NCBI GenBank assembly: GCA_046483985.1
Contig: JAWOCD010000039.1
Span: forward strand, 1-64,000
Source of the DNA: Promethearchaeia archaeon
GTDB lineage: Archaea > Asgardarchaeota > Lokiarchaeia > Sigyniarchaeales > SOKP01
Reading direction: 5' to 3'
DNA length: 64,000 nt
Position numbers and translations under genes: made by a program. The notes under the pieces were generated by a model, which searched no databases, was not told where the DNA came from, and worked only from the letters and a program-made list of their open reading frames with translations. Shown piece after piece: positions 29,570 to 39,704 of the stretch. Every line of letters starts with the position of its first letter. The first letter of the stretch is position 1.

Positions 29570-30406
29570 TTATACTTCTTGCCAGCTAATTGAATACTTC
29601 CAACCTTCAGGAATTAGGTGATCCAAGTTGCTAGGTTCCTGAACATCCCATCTTCCGTTTATACCTTCTTCTTTACATGTTAAATCGAAATGACAAACTG
29701 CAATTGCAATATCTAATCTTGCATAAGTAGCAGAATCGGCTCGATAGAAATGAATATTTTTCTCATCTTCCTTAATTATTCGCCATGGTTGTCGATTTTT
29801 TGCAGAAGGTCCCAGTCGAACCATTTCCAGAGGATTGCTATATTTTTTCTCTTGACCCTTTTTAATGGATGCTAAGCTCTCCCCTTCTATTCTATAAAAA
29901 AGGTTTTCCCACTCTTTTCTTTTTTTGGCTCTAATTAACCACCTCACTGCTTTTCCCATAAATCTTCGTTCCTCTACGTAACCTATTGGTGTAACCGCAG
30001 GAATTATCTCATTATCTTCTAATTTAATGATTTCTGAAACTTTTTTCCGATCTACTGTTCCACCAAGCCAACATGTCCCTAAATTTATTTCTGTCGCTTT
30101 TAGTATTATTTTTTCAAAAATATATCCGTAATGCTCGTAAGTTCGAGAAAACTTCTCAACAGCCCCTAAGATATAATAGGGGGCATTCTTAACCATCCCG
30201 TACGTTGCAAATTGGTTTATTTTAGAACTGTCTTTTAGAGAAACAATTTTGAACCTTGTTTTTGCTTCTCCAAAAGGGCTTTCTTTCAAATTTTCAATAA
30301 AACTAGTAAGCTCCTTGAGCTCCTCTTCATCTACGTCTTTGTTGATGTAAGTTCGCCAAGATTCTCTTAATTTTATTATCTCATCTATTGATTTCGAATA
30401 GCTCAT
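29570..30406 (-). CDS. Nitroreductase family protein
   Basis: RESWRTY, LGTCWLGG, PSAKNRQPW. Confidence 0.88.
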   Translation of the reverse strand: MSYSKSIDEIIKLRESWRTYINKDVDEEELKELTSFIENLKESPFGEAKTRFKIVSLKDSSKINQFATYGMVKNAPYYILGAVEKFSRTYEHYGYIFEKIILKATEINLGTCWLGGTVDRKKVSEIIKLEDNEIIPAVTPIGYVEERRFMGKAVRWLIRAKKRKEWENLFYRIEGESLASIKKGQEKKYSNPLEMVRLGPSAKNRQPWRIIKEDEKNIHFYRADSATYARLDIAIAVCHFDLTCKEEGINGRWDVQEPSNLDHLIPEGWKYSISWQEV

Positions 30407-30493
30407 TTTCTTATTCTAATTCTGCTTTACAAAAAAATCTTTAATATATAATTCAAAAATGAAATAAGATAGATATAACTCTTCTAGCGAAGT

Positions 30494-31744
30494 CTACTGG
30501 GGATGAAGTTTTATAATTACCTTATCTCCTCTTTTCAATCCTTCCTGATCTGGAGATATTTCAATTATTCCGTCGGATTCTGTAAGTGAACTAAGAATTC
30601 CTGATCCCTTTAATCTTACCGGTTGGGCGAGGAAATTCTCTTCTGATTTTATTAATTTAGCCCGTAGATAGTATAAATACCCTAATTTAGTTACAGGCAC
30701 ATCCTTAGATATAAGTGCACTGATCTCGATTCGGGGGTCTAGATGTTGACACCTTAGGAATTGTCTAATACTTTTTCCCACGATTTTTAAAAATCCTACA
30801 TACGCTGCAACTGGTGTTCCTGGAAGACAAAATACCAAACACTCATTATATAACGCGACCAATAGTGGTGAGCCTGGACGCATTGCTACTCCATGGGCTA
30901 AAATCTCTCCTTTCTTATTTAAAATTTCTGGAAGAAAGTCTTTTGTGCCCACAGAAGTTCCTCCGGTAAATATAACGATATCTGATTCCTTTGTTGCTGA
31001 AGAAAGCGCTGCTGTAATCAATTTTTTGTCATCTTTTAATAAAGATGTTTTTATTACCTTTCCACCGTACTGTTCCACTAAGGAATGAATCATAGGGGTG
31101 TTTGAATCAAAAATTTTATTCTCTGAAACGGATTCTCCAACTTCTAATAACTCATCTCCGGTAGCAAAAAGGCTAATTTGAGGCTTTTTCGAAACAGTAA
31201 TCGTTTCCATACCCAATGAACTTAATAAAGCAATATGCTCTGCTTTTATTTGAACGCCTCCCGATAAAACTGTACTTTCTTTCTTTATGTCTTCTCCTTT
31301 TTTTCCAACATTCTTTCCAGGAGCCACTGAAGTATAAATGGTGATATTCTCTCCGTCCAATTTCGTGTCTTCAATTTTTATTACGCTATCTGCCCCTTTA
31401 GGGACAGCAGCTCCCGTTGATATACGAATTGCCTCGCCTTCTCTAAGTTCTAAATCTTTTATTTCTCCAATGTCTATTTGTCCAACTAATTTAAGATATT
31501 TTGGATTTTTGGGGGAAGCTTCGAAGGTGTTTTTTGCTTTTACGGCATATCCATCCATGGCCGCTCGGCGAAAATGGGGAACATTTATCTTACTTTGGAC
31601 ATCCTCATAAAGAATTCTATTTAGACTCTTATTTGTAAGAATCCTTTCTTTTTCTTTTCGTTCTATTTGAGAAAGTAGATTTTCTAATACTTCATCAACG
31701 GGTTTTAAACGAGCAAAACCAACCTTTCGTAATCTTTCCACCAT
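30494..31744 (-). CDS. moeA: Molybdopterin molybdo/tungstotransferase
   Basis: PHFRRAAMDGYAV, TGDEL, GGTSVG..D, LPGTP. Confidence 0.92.
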   Translation of the reverse strand: MVERLRKVGFARLKPVDEVLENLLSQIERKEKERILTNKSLNRILYEDVQSKINVPHFRRAAMDGYAVKAKNTFEASPKNPKYLKLVGQIDIGEIKDLELREGEAIRISTGAAVPKGADSVIKIEDTKLDGENITIYTSVAPGKNVGKKGEDIKKESTVLSGGVQIKAEHIALLSSLGMETITVSKKPQISLFATGDELLEVGESVSENKIFDSNTPMIHSLVEQYGGKVIKTSLLKDDKKLITAALSSATKESDIVIFTGGTSVGTKDFLPEILNKKGEILAHGVAMRPGSPLLVALYNECLVFCLPGTPVAAYVGFLKIVGKSIRQFLRCQHLDPRIEISALISKDVPVTKLGYLYYLRAKLIKSEENFLAQPVRLKGSGILSSLTESDGIIEISPDQEGLKRGDKVIIKLHPQ

Positions 31745-31749
31745 TTTTA

Positions 31750-32289
31750 TTATTCAACTTTGTTTATCATATGCACAATATGAAATATCTCAGGTAAAAT
31801 TAATTTTTTTAATGCCAGTTTAACCGCATTTGGAGATCCAGGCAATAAAAAAATTGCCATATTATCTAAACTTCCCGCAATAGCCCTCGAGATCATTGCA
31901 GCGCTACCGATTTCCTTATAGGAAAGATATCGGAAAAGTTCTCCAAATCCTGTAATTTTTTTCTCCAAAAGGGGTTCAATTGTTTCGTAGGTTATATCCT
32001 TGGGAGTTAAGCCAGTTCCCCCACTAAACAAGACTACATCAAGCTCTCTGCTACTAACTTGCTTAAGTATATCCTTTAGCTTTTTTACATTATCTGGGAT
32101 AATTTTAGTATATGTTAGAGAGATGTCATGTTTTTTAGCAAGAATTTGCCTTAAAATTGGGATTGTTTTATCTGACGATTCTTTTTGATCTTGAATTTCA
32201 TTATATCGGCTCGTGCTCACGACGACTAATCCCAAATTAATACTTTTTAACTTTTTTGCATCCGATTTATGCTTTTTATGCGGTTCCAT
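31750..32289 (-). CDS. moaB: Molybdopterin adenylyltransferase, MoaB/MogA family
   Basis: GGTGLTPKDIT, GFGELFR, SRAIAG, LPGSP. Confidence 0.9.
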   Translation of the reverse strand: MEPHKKHKSDAKKLKSINLGLVVVSTSRYNEIQDQKESSDKTIPILRQILAKKHDISLTYTKIIPDNVKKLKDILKQVSSRELDVVLFSGGTGLTPKDITYETIEPLLEKKITGFGELFRYLSYKEIGSAAMISRAIAGSLDNMAIFLLPGSPNAVKLALKKLILPEIFHIVHMINKVE

Positions 32290-32315
32290 TTTTTCTTCTC
32301 TTTTGTATATTTTTT

Positions 32316-33542
32316 TTAATAAGTATAAAATTTCTTTTTATCTCCTTTTTCTACAATCTCTTCTAATTCTACAATTTCAATATAACCGTCAGAATGGAAG
32401 AGAGTGCTGATTGCTTCCGAACCCGTTTTAATTGGGAAGATTTTCCTACTCCCACCAACTTCCTTTATTTGAACGGGTTTAAAATGATGCCGTCCCACTG
32501 GACTGTATATTCGCTCTCCCAATTCTAATTTCTCGGAAAACTTAGTTCTTAAGGGCTTCCCGCTCAATTTGCGTAAAAAATCATCAATAAAAATATAAAA
32601 GCAACTCAGCGCAGATGTTGGATATCCTGGTAGAATAAAAATATACTTTTCTTTTAATTTCACAAAAATGAGGGGTTTTCCGGGTTTAATTTTGACACCA
32701 TGTACCTGTACTTCAATATTCTCGAAGGTATTAAGAACTCTAACGCCAAGATCACCTTCGCCTTTGGATGTCCCTCCAGATAATATCACAATATCGCTTC
32801 TTTCTAACCCCTCATTGATTTTTTTTTGTAAATTCCTAAAATTATCTTTTACTATCCCCAAAAATACAACTGATGCTCCTGTATTCTTGATGGCTTGCTT
32901 TAAAACAACCGAATTGATATCATAAATCTTTCCTTTCTCCAAATGTTTCACATCATGTGTCACTAATTCGGATCCCGTACTCAACAAGCTAATACTTGGT
33001 TTTTTAAAGACATCAAGTTCAGTTATACCACACCCCGAAAATACTCCCATTGTCGGAAGATCAATAAATTTTCCTTTTTTTAGTATTGTTTCGCCCTTTT
33101 TGATATCATGACCTATTTCTACTATATGTGTGCCTGGAGTGACTGCTTTCGAGATAAGAACTTCATCATCTTGCTTTTCTGTAAATTCTACCATTACGAC
33201 GCTATCAGATCCTTTTGGGATGGCGGCACCAGTAGCAACATAAGCACATTGTCCATGTTCCAATTCTCTAGTTGGTTTATCTCCTGCTTCGATCTTTTCA
33301 ACACGTTTTAAGGGAATTAGATTATCTTCTTCAGCGCCGAAAGTATCCTCAGCAATTACAGCATATCCATCCATTCGAGATTTTCGAAAATGAGGAACAT
33401 TAATAGGGCTTGTCATCTCTTCGGCAACGACTCTATTGAAACTTTTTTCTAAGGGGATCTTCTCTGATTGTAAGGCTGCTTTGGAATATTTGTCTAAAAT
33501 TTCTCTAAATTCATTTACTTTAAGTGTCTTTAAGAACTTCAT
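32316..33542 (-). CDS. moeA: Molybdopterin molybdo/tungstotransferase (second paralog)
   Basis: SRMDGYAV, STGSEL, GGTSKGEGD, KPGKP, LPGYP. Confidence 0.92.
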   Translation of the reverse strand: MKFLKTLKVNEFREILDKYSKAALQSEKIPLEKSFNRVVAEEMTSPINVPHFRKSRMDGYAVIAEDTFGAEEDNLIPLKRVEKIEAGDKPTRELEHGQCAYVATGAAIPKGSDSVVMVEFTEKQDDEVLISKAVTPGTHIVEIGHDIKKGETILKKGKFIDLPTMGVFSGCGITELDVFKKPSISLLSTGSELVTHDVKHLEKGKIYDINSVVLKQAIKNTGASVVFLGIVKDNFRNLQKKINEGLERSDIVILSGGTSKGEGDLGVRVLNTFENIEVQVHGVKIKPGKPLIFVKLKEKYIFILPGYPTSALSCFYIFIDDFLRKLSGKPLRTKFSEKLELGERIYSPVGRHHFKPVQIKEVGGSRKIFPIKTGSEAISTLFHSDGYIEIVELEEIVEKGDKKKFYTY

Positions 33543-33611
33543 TTCATTCTTTTACAGTTAGTATATAGATCATTTAATATATTAGTCAATTAAAAGTTTG
33601 AATTCACATTC

Positions 33612-34073
33612 TCAATGTATCCATTTGGAAGTTCCATCCTTGAACACTTCCTTTTTCCAGACTTCTATGTCCTTCTTATATTTTTCAATCGTATCTGAAA
33701 GTGTTTTGAGCCCTTCTTGTCGATGTGCTGATGCTACAACTACGTGTACTAGCTCTTCTGATAAGGTAAATGTTCCTTTGAAATGAATCACCCTCACATC
33801 GATTATCCCTTCTCTTTGTTTCATCTCTTTGCATATTCGAGCGATGCTTTTATTGGCCATTTTCTCATATGCATCGATTTCCATCCTGGTTACTTCCTTT
33901 CCATTTAAGGATGAGTTACGAACGATACCTGAAAAAGAAAAGAGAGCTCCTGCATCGCCAATATTATGATTTTCTTTTATACTTCTTATGATTTCGTCTA
34001 ATTTAACGGTATTTTTCTCATAAACCCCCGATTTTATGATGTGGTCCGTCTTGCTTTTCTCCTTTTTTGACAT
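33612..34073 (-). CDS. moaE: Molybdopterin synthase catalytic subunit
   Basis: GALFSFSGIVR, SAHR, VWKKE. Confidence 0.9.
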   Translation of the reverse strand: MSKKEKSKTDHIIKSGVYEKNTVKLDEIIRSIKENHNIGDAGALFSFSGIVRNSSLNGKEVTRMEIDAYEKMANKSIARICKEMKQREGIIDVRVIHFKGTFTLSEELVHVVVASAHRQEGLKTLSDTIEKYKKDIEVWKKEVFKDGTSKWIH

Positions 34074-34075
34074 TT

Positions 34076-34357
34076 TTATCCCCCAGAGATAGGAAGTAAA
34101 AAGGCTATTTTATCTCCCTTGTCTAATTTATGGGATAAGATATCATTCTCTCTGAGCCTTTTATCATTTATAACGATAGAAATTGAGGGTTTAAATCCAT
34201 TTTTTTCTGAAGACCAGAGATGTTTTTTAAGCCCGCTATATTTTTGGAAGAGAATATCCTTTAACTCGGTGATCGAGAATTGTTCAAGTCTGATTTTTTC
34301 ACTTTTCTTATGGGTTATTTCTTTTAAATCAGCAAAATATAAGACTTCCACGGACAT
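34076..34357 (-). CDS. moaD: Molybdopterin synthase sulfur carrier (MoaD/SAMP)
   Basis: VLYFA at the N-terminus and C-terminal PISGG. Confidence 0.9.
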   Translation of the reverse strand: MSVEVLYFADLKEITHKKSEKIRLEQFSITELKDILFQKYSGLKKHLWSSEKNGFKPSISIVINDKRLRENDILSHKLDKGDKIAFLLPISGG

Positions 34358-34385
34358 TTTTTATTTATTTGTCAATTAATTAAAA

Positions 34386-35309
34386 TTAATAATAAGGTTC
34401 TCTCGAATCTACAACTTCTTGTATTATATTTCGAAATTTCGAAAGCTGACAATGGTTATGCAATTCTTCCTTAACATTTTTCCCCAAATCACTTCGAAAC
34501 AAACACCCAAATATATTTCCATCGCATCCCACTCGCAACTTAGTACACCCCATGCAAAATTTATGACTTGGTACAACCGTTTCAATTATTGCCCCATTTT
34601 GCATTACAAACACTTTTCTATTTTGCATATTCCCTCTGATAAGAGTTCCCATAGATCTTGATTCCAAATCGTTAATGATAGGTCCTACATCCTTATGATA
34701 TTTATCGTAAAATTTCCCATTATTTTTCTCCAAATCCTCAGATTCTTTATGTAGTTCGATTAATTGTAGAATATAATCGTGCTTTCCGCAAAAATCGATC
34801 ATATCTTCGAACTCATTATTATTTATTCCTTGCATGATTACGTAGTTAATTTTAATGGGAGTTAAGTCTGCTTGTTTTGCTGCTTTCAAGCCTTCTAAGA
34901 CTTGATTGAGACCATCAACACCTGTGATCTCTTTATATATTTCAGGTTTTAAGGAGCATAGGGAAACATTTATTCTGTCTAAGCCTGCTTCTGCTAATTC
35001 TTGTGCCATTTTGCCTAATTTATAGCCATTACTTGTAAGAGATATATCATCATATAATCCTAAATCATTGATATTTTGAATTATTTGAATTATTTCGTCC
35101 CTGTATAAAGGTTCCCCTCCTGTTAATTTAATTCGTGTTACATTTAAAATCTCTGCCAGCATACGACATAATTTAGTAATTTCATTCACTGTTAACAGTT
35201 TTTTTTTCGGAGAAAAACCTTCGCTATCGCAATAAATACAATTATATGTGCATTCTGCAGTAACAGAAAGCCTAATATGCTTAATTTCCCTATCGCATTT
35301 ATCCTTCAT
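34386..35309 (-). CDS. moaA: GTP 3',8-cyclase (radical SAM)
   Basis: CTYNCIYC, TGGEP, FCMGCTKLR..GCL. Confidence 0.92.
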   Translation of the reverse strand: MKDKCDREIKHIRLSVTAECTYNCIYCDSEGFSPKKKLLTVNEITKLCRMLAEILNVTRIKLTGGEPLYRDEIIQIIQNINDLGLYDDISLTSNGYKLGKMAQELAEAGLDRINVSLCSLKPEIYKEITGVDGLNQVLEGLKAAKQADLTPIKINYVIMQGINNNEFEDMIDFCGKHDYILQLIELHKESEDLEKNNGKFYDKYHKDVGPIINDLESRSMGTLIRGNMQNRKVFVMQNGAIIETVVPSHKFCMGCTKLRVGCDGNIFGCLFRSDLGKNVKEELHNHCQLSKFRNIIQEVVDSREPYY

Positions 35310-35315
35310 TTTTTC

Positions 35316-35750
35316 TTATTTATTTGGTTTTTTAATCTTTTTGTCTACTTTTATTTCAGATATTTTTGCATTGGGATATTGACCGTGTTCATCTTTCTCG
35401 TACATTTTCACTACATCCCAGATATTAAGGAGTGCTGTGCTGACTCCGGTAAGTGCTTCCATTTCAACGCCTGTTTTGGCAAAACTCTTTACGGTGCACA
35501 TCACCTTAATAAAGCCTTGAGAAACTTCGAAGCCAAAATCGACACTATTAATCCCAATGGGATGACAAAGGGGAATGAGATCAGGGACCTTCTTAACAGC
35601 ATTAGTCCCAGCAATCCTTGCTATTGTGAGTACATCACCCTTCTCCACACGGTCCTCCCTAACACGCTTTATTGTTGCACTTTTTAAGAAAACTTTTCCA
35701 GAAGCCGTTGCAATACGAAGAATTACATTTTTATTTGAGATATCTATCAA
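35316..35750 (-). CDS. moaC: Cyclic pyranopterin monophosphate synthase
   Basis: KGDVL, LIPLCHP, TGVEMEAL, WDVVK. Confidence 0.93.
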   Translation of the reverse strand: MIDISNKNVILRIATASGKVFLKSATIKRVREDRVEKGDVLTIARIAGTNAVKKVPDLIPLCHPIGINSVDFGFEVSQGFIKVMCTVKSFAKTGVEMEALTGVSTALLNIWDVVKMYEKDEHGQYPNAKISEIKVDKKIKKPNK

Positions 35751-35942
35751 TAATTATTCCCTTTTTCATGTAGGTTTTAAAATCTTTAATAAAAACAAAC
35801 ATAAAAATTTAATTCGTATCGTTTGTTTTTTTGATACATAACGCTATATGGATAATATTTAATTTCTAATAAAAAATTTCGTTTGTTATTTTAAAATATA
35901 AAAAAACGTTCCACAATATTTCACCTAAAAATAAGCTGATGT

Positions 35943-37031
35943 CTATAATTGTTTCTTGATAGACACAGCAGTTGCTTTAAAAGATGCGTAAATTTTATCA
36001 TCTTTTTGAATTCCCAAGTCAGTTTTTGCATTATGCGTGATATATGCATTTAATCCGTTCTTTAGAGAAATTTGGACTAATTCTTTACTGACCACCAGAA
36101 CTTCCGAGACCTTGCTTTTGACGTGATTTCGCAAGCTGCTTTTGAACTTTTGCTTGGATAAGATAATATTTTCAGGTCTGATAAAAATTTTAACCTTGCC
36201 CGAGGAATACTCTGATAATCCCCACACTTTGAAGTGGTCAGTTTTTATTTTCGTATATCCATTTTTATTGCTAAGTATTTCTCCTTCAATTATATTTTCT
36301 ATTCCTACAAATTTTGCTGCCTTTGTACTATTGGGGGCATTAAATATTTGTTCTGGGGTTCCAGTATCAATTATCTCCCCATCCATTAGTAAGGAGAGTC
36401 TATCACTAAGCATAGCCTCATCTTGATTATGGGTAACCTCTAAAATTGTCAAGTCATGATCTTTATGAATTTCTTGGACAACTTTCATTGCTTCTTTTTT
36501 GGATACGGGATCTAATGCACTAAATGGTTCATCTAACAAAAGAATAGGGGGTTCAAGAATAATTGCTCTTGCCAAGGCAACTTTTTGCTGTTCCCCACCA
36601 GATAATGTTATTGGATTCCTGTTTAATAAATGTTCTATCTTTAGTTTCTTCACTATTTCATCTAGTTTCTTTTGTTTGGTACGTTCATCCATTCTCTGCA
36701 TATTCAATCCAAATTTAATGTTTTCTTCTACATTCAAATGCGGAAATAGCGAGTAGTCTTGATACACAAAGCCTATGTCTCTTTTATTTGGGGGAATGTT
36801 AACCATATTTTTTTGATTAATGTATATTTTTCCCTTATCAATCTTGTGAAAACCAGCAATAAGTTCAAGTATTAGTGTCTTTCCGGCTCCTGTAGGCCCT
36901 AATAACATATAGTATTCTCTTTCTTTAATTTTGAGATTTATATCCTTAATTTGGAAGTTTCCAAAATCAGCGTGAAGATTCTCTACCTCAATCACAGCTT
37001 TCTTAGACACTATATTCACCAATGGCTCCAA
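35943..37031 (-). CDS. wtpC: Tungstate/molybdate ABC transporter ATPase with TOBE domains
   Basis: GPTGAGKT, LSGGEQQ, LLLDEP, C-terminal FKATAV. True start may be slightly downstream. Confidence 0.88.
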   Translation of the reverse strand: MEPLVNIVSKKAVIEVENLHADFGNFQIKDINLKIKEREYYMLLGPTGAGKTLILELIAGFHKIDKGKIYINQKNMVNIPPNKRDIGFVYQDYSLFPHLNVEENIKFGLNMQRMDERTKQKKLDEIVKKLKIEHLLNRNPITLSGGEQQKVALARAIILEPPILLLDEPFSALDPVSKKEAMKVVQEIHKDHDLTILEVTHNQDEAMLSDRLSLLMDGEIIDTGTPEQIFNAPNSTKAAKFVGIENIIEGEILSNKNGYTKIKTDHFKVWGLSEYSSGKVKIFIRPENIILSKQKFKSSLRNHVKSKVSEVLVVSKELVQISLKNGLNAYITHNAKTDLGIQKDDKIYASFKATAVSIKKQL

Positions 37032-37860
37032 ATCGAGGTTGATTTTTTAATAGATATAACATAAGAAATATTGCTAAACTCATTAAAATTAAAATTAATG
37101 CAATTGGACCAGAACCTGCTAAACCGGTAGTATTGAATCGATAATACACTAAGACAGGAGCTATCATTGGGTAATATGCGATTAAAATTACTGCTCCGAA
37201 TTCACTAATACCTCTTGCCCAGCACATAACGGATCCCGTGAAGATTTGCCGTGCTGTTAAAGGAAGCATTATTTGAGTGAAAACTTGTCTTTCATTAGCT
37301 CCCAGACTTGCTGCAACATTTTCATAATGTGGATTGATGCTGGCAAATCCATCCTTCACATTATTAATGAAAATCGGCATACTTACAAATAGCAACGCAA
37401 CTATAATTCCAAATATGCTGTCTTCAAAAACAATACCTATATTTTTCATTGGAGCTCCGATTATCCCCGATCTGTAAAAAATGGTATAAATTAACAATCC
37501 CGCAACACTATGAGGTATCATTAGGGGAATATTCAATATTGATTCTATAAGTGTCTTTCCCCGAAAATCATATTTTGCCAATATATATGCTAGCGGTACT
37601 CCAAAAATTATTGCTAAGAGGGTAGAGATAAAAGACGCATAAAATGTTAATAGTATTGTTTTAATAACATACCATTCGGTTAATACCGAAATAAAGTTTG
37701 AAAAATTTAAAACGAGCTGTTTAACAAACAAGTCCATAATTGTTAAAACAACTAGTAACAATAATACTGAACCTAAAATACAAAATAAAAAGAAAAAAGA
37801 GTTTTGTCGGAGAAAATCCTTCAATCTGATGATTTTGCTCTTTTTTTTCTGAGTTAACAT
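37003..37860 (-). CDS. wtpB: Tungstate/molybdate ABC transporter permease
   Basis: PLAYILA, IPHSVAG, AASLGA, WARGISEFGA. Start refined to ATG 37860. Confidence 0.88.
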   Translation of the reverse strand: MLTQKKKSKIIRLKDFLRQNSFFFLFCILGSVLLLLVVLTIMDLFVKQLVLNFSNFISVLTEWYVIKTILLTFYASFISTLLAIIFGVPLAYILAKYDFRGKTLIESILNIPLMIPHSVAGLLIYTIFYRSGIIGAPMKNIGIVFEDSIFGIIVALLFVSMPIFINNVKDGFASINPHYENVAASLGANERQVFTQIMLPLTARQIFTGSVMCWARGISEFGAVILIAYYPMIAPVLVYYRFNTTGLAGSGPIALILILMSLAIFLMLYLLKNQPRFGAIGEYSV

Positions 37861-37885
37861 TTTTTTAACACTCTCAATTATCCAA

Positions 37886-38917
37886 TTAAACTTGAGCGCA
37901 ATACTCTTTAAGTCGTTCGGGAATTGCATCAAGGTTATTTGTTGGACACGGAGTAATAGGAGGTTGTCCCAATCTCTCGAAAATATCTTGTCCTGTTTTA
38001 TTGATCACATATTCTACGAAAAGGGTGGCGAGTTCTACGTGTTCCGCATTTATAGGGATGGTTATTCCATAATTAATTGCTTTTCCAGTGCTGTCACCCG
38101 AAGTCTTCGCAACAGTTACCTTTTCATATTTGCTGTCATATGCGGAATCGCTTAAGTCCATACTTTCATTTAAGGTAATATAGTTTAAATCATGTTGCTC
38201 GGCAATCGATAAATAATTAAATGCATAATCCAAATCACCGTCCTTTAACAACGTAACTAAATCTACTTCTTTCTCTCTAATTTTAAGATTGCTTCCATCT
38301 TTGACTCCTAAGTCTTCAGGAGTAGTAATTGTATATTCTCCACTATCCTCAGATACCTCTATATCTGAAGTATCAATAACCAAATCATCCAAAATATCAC
38401 TTACATTAAAATGAATCTCTGCTAATTGAAGTACCATTAATGAGCGATATCCACACGGATCCAAATTGGGATCTGAAAACCCCCAATTACAATCCGACTT
38501 TTTTAGATGGGTATAGAAGTTGGTTTCGTTGAAATTTTCATATTTACTATCTCCATCATATGCAATTACCATTTGATTTTTTGCAAATTTAATATAATAA
38601 TCTTGATATTGATCATCCATGTCGGGGATTAAAGAATAATCCGCAACCCCTAAGACATCAGCAATTTGGTTAGATTCCGTGATTTTAGTTACACTTTGGA
38701 CGCTTCCTGCTGATTCTAATTGGATATCTATATCTGGATAATCTTTTTCAAATTCTGCTTCGACCTCCTCAAAGGGGATCGTTAAACTCCCCGCATGAAA
38801 TATTGTCAGACTTCTTTTTGCGGTGAAGAGATCAAATAAGAAAAAACCACCAACAATAGTTCCCGCTATAACACCTACAAGAATTCCATATTTGTATTTT
38901 TTTTCCATATTTATCAT
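37886..38917 (-). CDS. wtpA: Tungstate/molybdate ABC transporter substrate-binding protein
   Basis: FHAGSL, ADYSLI, SDPNLDPCGYRS, DYAFNYLS, YGITIP. Start refined to ATG 38917 (or 38908). Confidence 0.88.
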   Translation of the reverse strand: MINMEKKYKYGILVGVIAGTIVGGFFLFDLFTAKRSLTIFHAGSLTIPFEEVEAEFEKDYPDIDIQLESAGSVQSVTKITESNQIADVLGVADYSLIPDMDDQYQDYYIKFAKNQMVIAYDGDSKYENFNETNFYTHLKKSDCNWGFSDPNLDPCGYRSLMVLQLAEIHFNVSDILDDLVIDTSDIEVSEDSGEYTITTPEDLGVKDGSNLKIREKEVDLVTLLKDGDLDYAFNYLSIAEQHDLNYITLNESMDLSDSAYDSKYEKVTVAKTSGDSTGKAINYGITIPINAEHVELATLFVEYVINKTGQDIFERLGQPPITPCPTNNLDAIPERLKEYCAQV

Positions 38918-39087
38918 TTTAATTCCGATATGAATACTTATACATATCATATATAATTTTTAAAATTTTCCCTCTCAGTTACAATCAGCTAAAATTCACC
39001 TTAATTTTTTTATTAGAATTACTATATTCAATTGAACATCCTTTGCTTAAAATTTAAATATCTAAATTTCTTTTATTTGTATGAATT

Positions 39088-39552
39088 ATGCCGTTTAAAA
39101 AATCCCGCTATGAGAGTCTAAAGATTTTGGGATTAGATCGTAGTGCATCTGACGAGGAAATAAAACTTGCATACCGTCGACTCGCAAAAAAATACCATCC
39201 CGATTTAAACAAAGAGGATCCGAAAACCGAAGGGAAATTTAAGAAAGTCCAAAATGCCTACGATTCCTTGAAGGATTCTTCTGGCAAGAGTATACCTGTT
39301 AAAATCAAAACCACCTCAGAGAAAAGTCCTTTCAGCGAATTCGAAAAAAATTTTTCTGACTTTGATAAATTTTTTGACTCCATATTTCAAGGCTTTAGAA
39401 GCCCTTTCCAGGAACCTTCTCCGTTTGTGGACATAGAAGCTGAATTAAAACGCCGAAAAGATCAGACGGTAGATCGGATATCTGGTGCTTTTACCCGTAT
39501 AGAACGTGATTTCAAGAAAATGATGGATCGATTCTTTAGAGGTTCTTTCTAA
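39088..39552 (+). CDS. Small J-domain (DnaJ class C) protein
   Basis: [24 protein letters not shown]. Confidence 0.88.
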   Translation: MPFKKSRYESLKILGLDRSASDEEIKLAYRRLAKKYHPDLNKEDPKTEGKFKKVQNAYDSLKDSSGKSIPVKIKTTSEKSPFSEFEKNFSDFDKFFDSIFQGFRSPFQEPSPFVDIEAELKRRKDQTVDRISGAFTRIERDFKKMMDRFFRGSF

Positions 39553-39634
39553 TCCTTTTTGGGACACAGAAATCCTATTTTACCATTTTTAAAATCTTTC
39601 AATCCTTCTTTTTTATCAAAAAAGTAAAAGAAAA

Positions 39635-39653
39635 CTCATCCTTTAGGATGGAG
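39635..39653. repeat. Degenerate IS200/IS605-end-like hairpin
   Basis: CATCC-TTTA-GGATG core within CTCATCCTTTAGGATGGAG, preceded by GAAAA; same loop as 26994. Confidence 0.35.
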
Positions 39654-39704
39654 ATTCTTTAGATAAGATATTTGTAAAGATAATCATATTATTATATTAT
39701 AATT

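Noticed and set aside
35835-35865. Possible ModE box (CGCTATAT) upstream of moaC
   Set aside because: Only a half-site, and no modE gene in the window.
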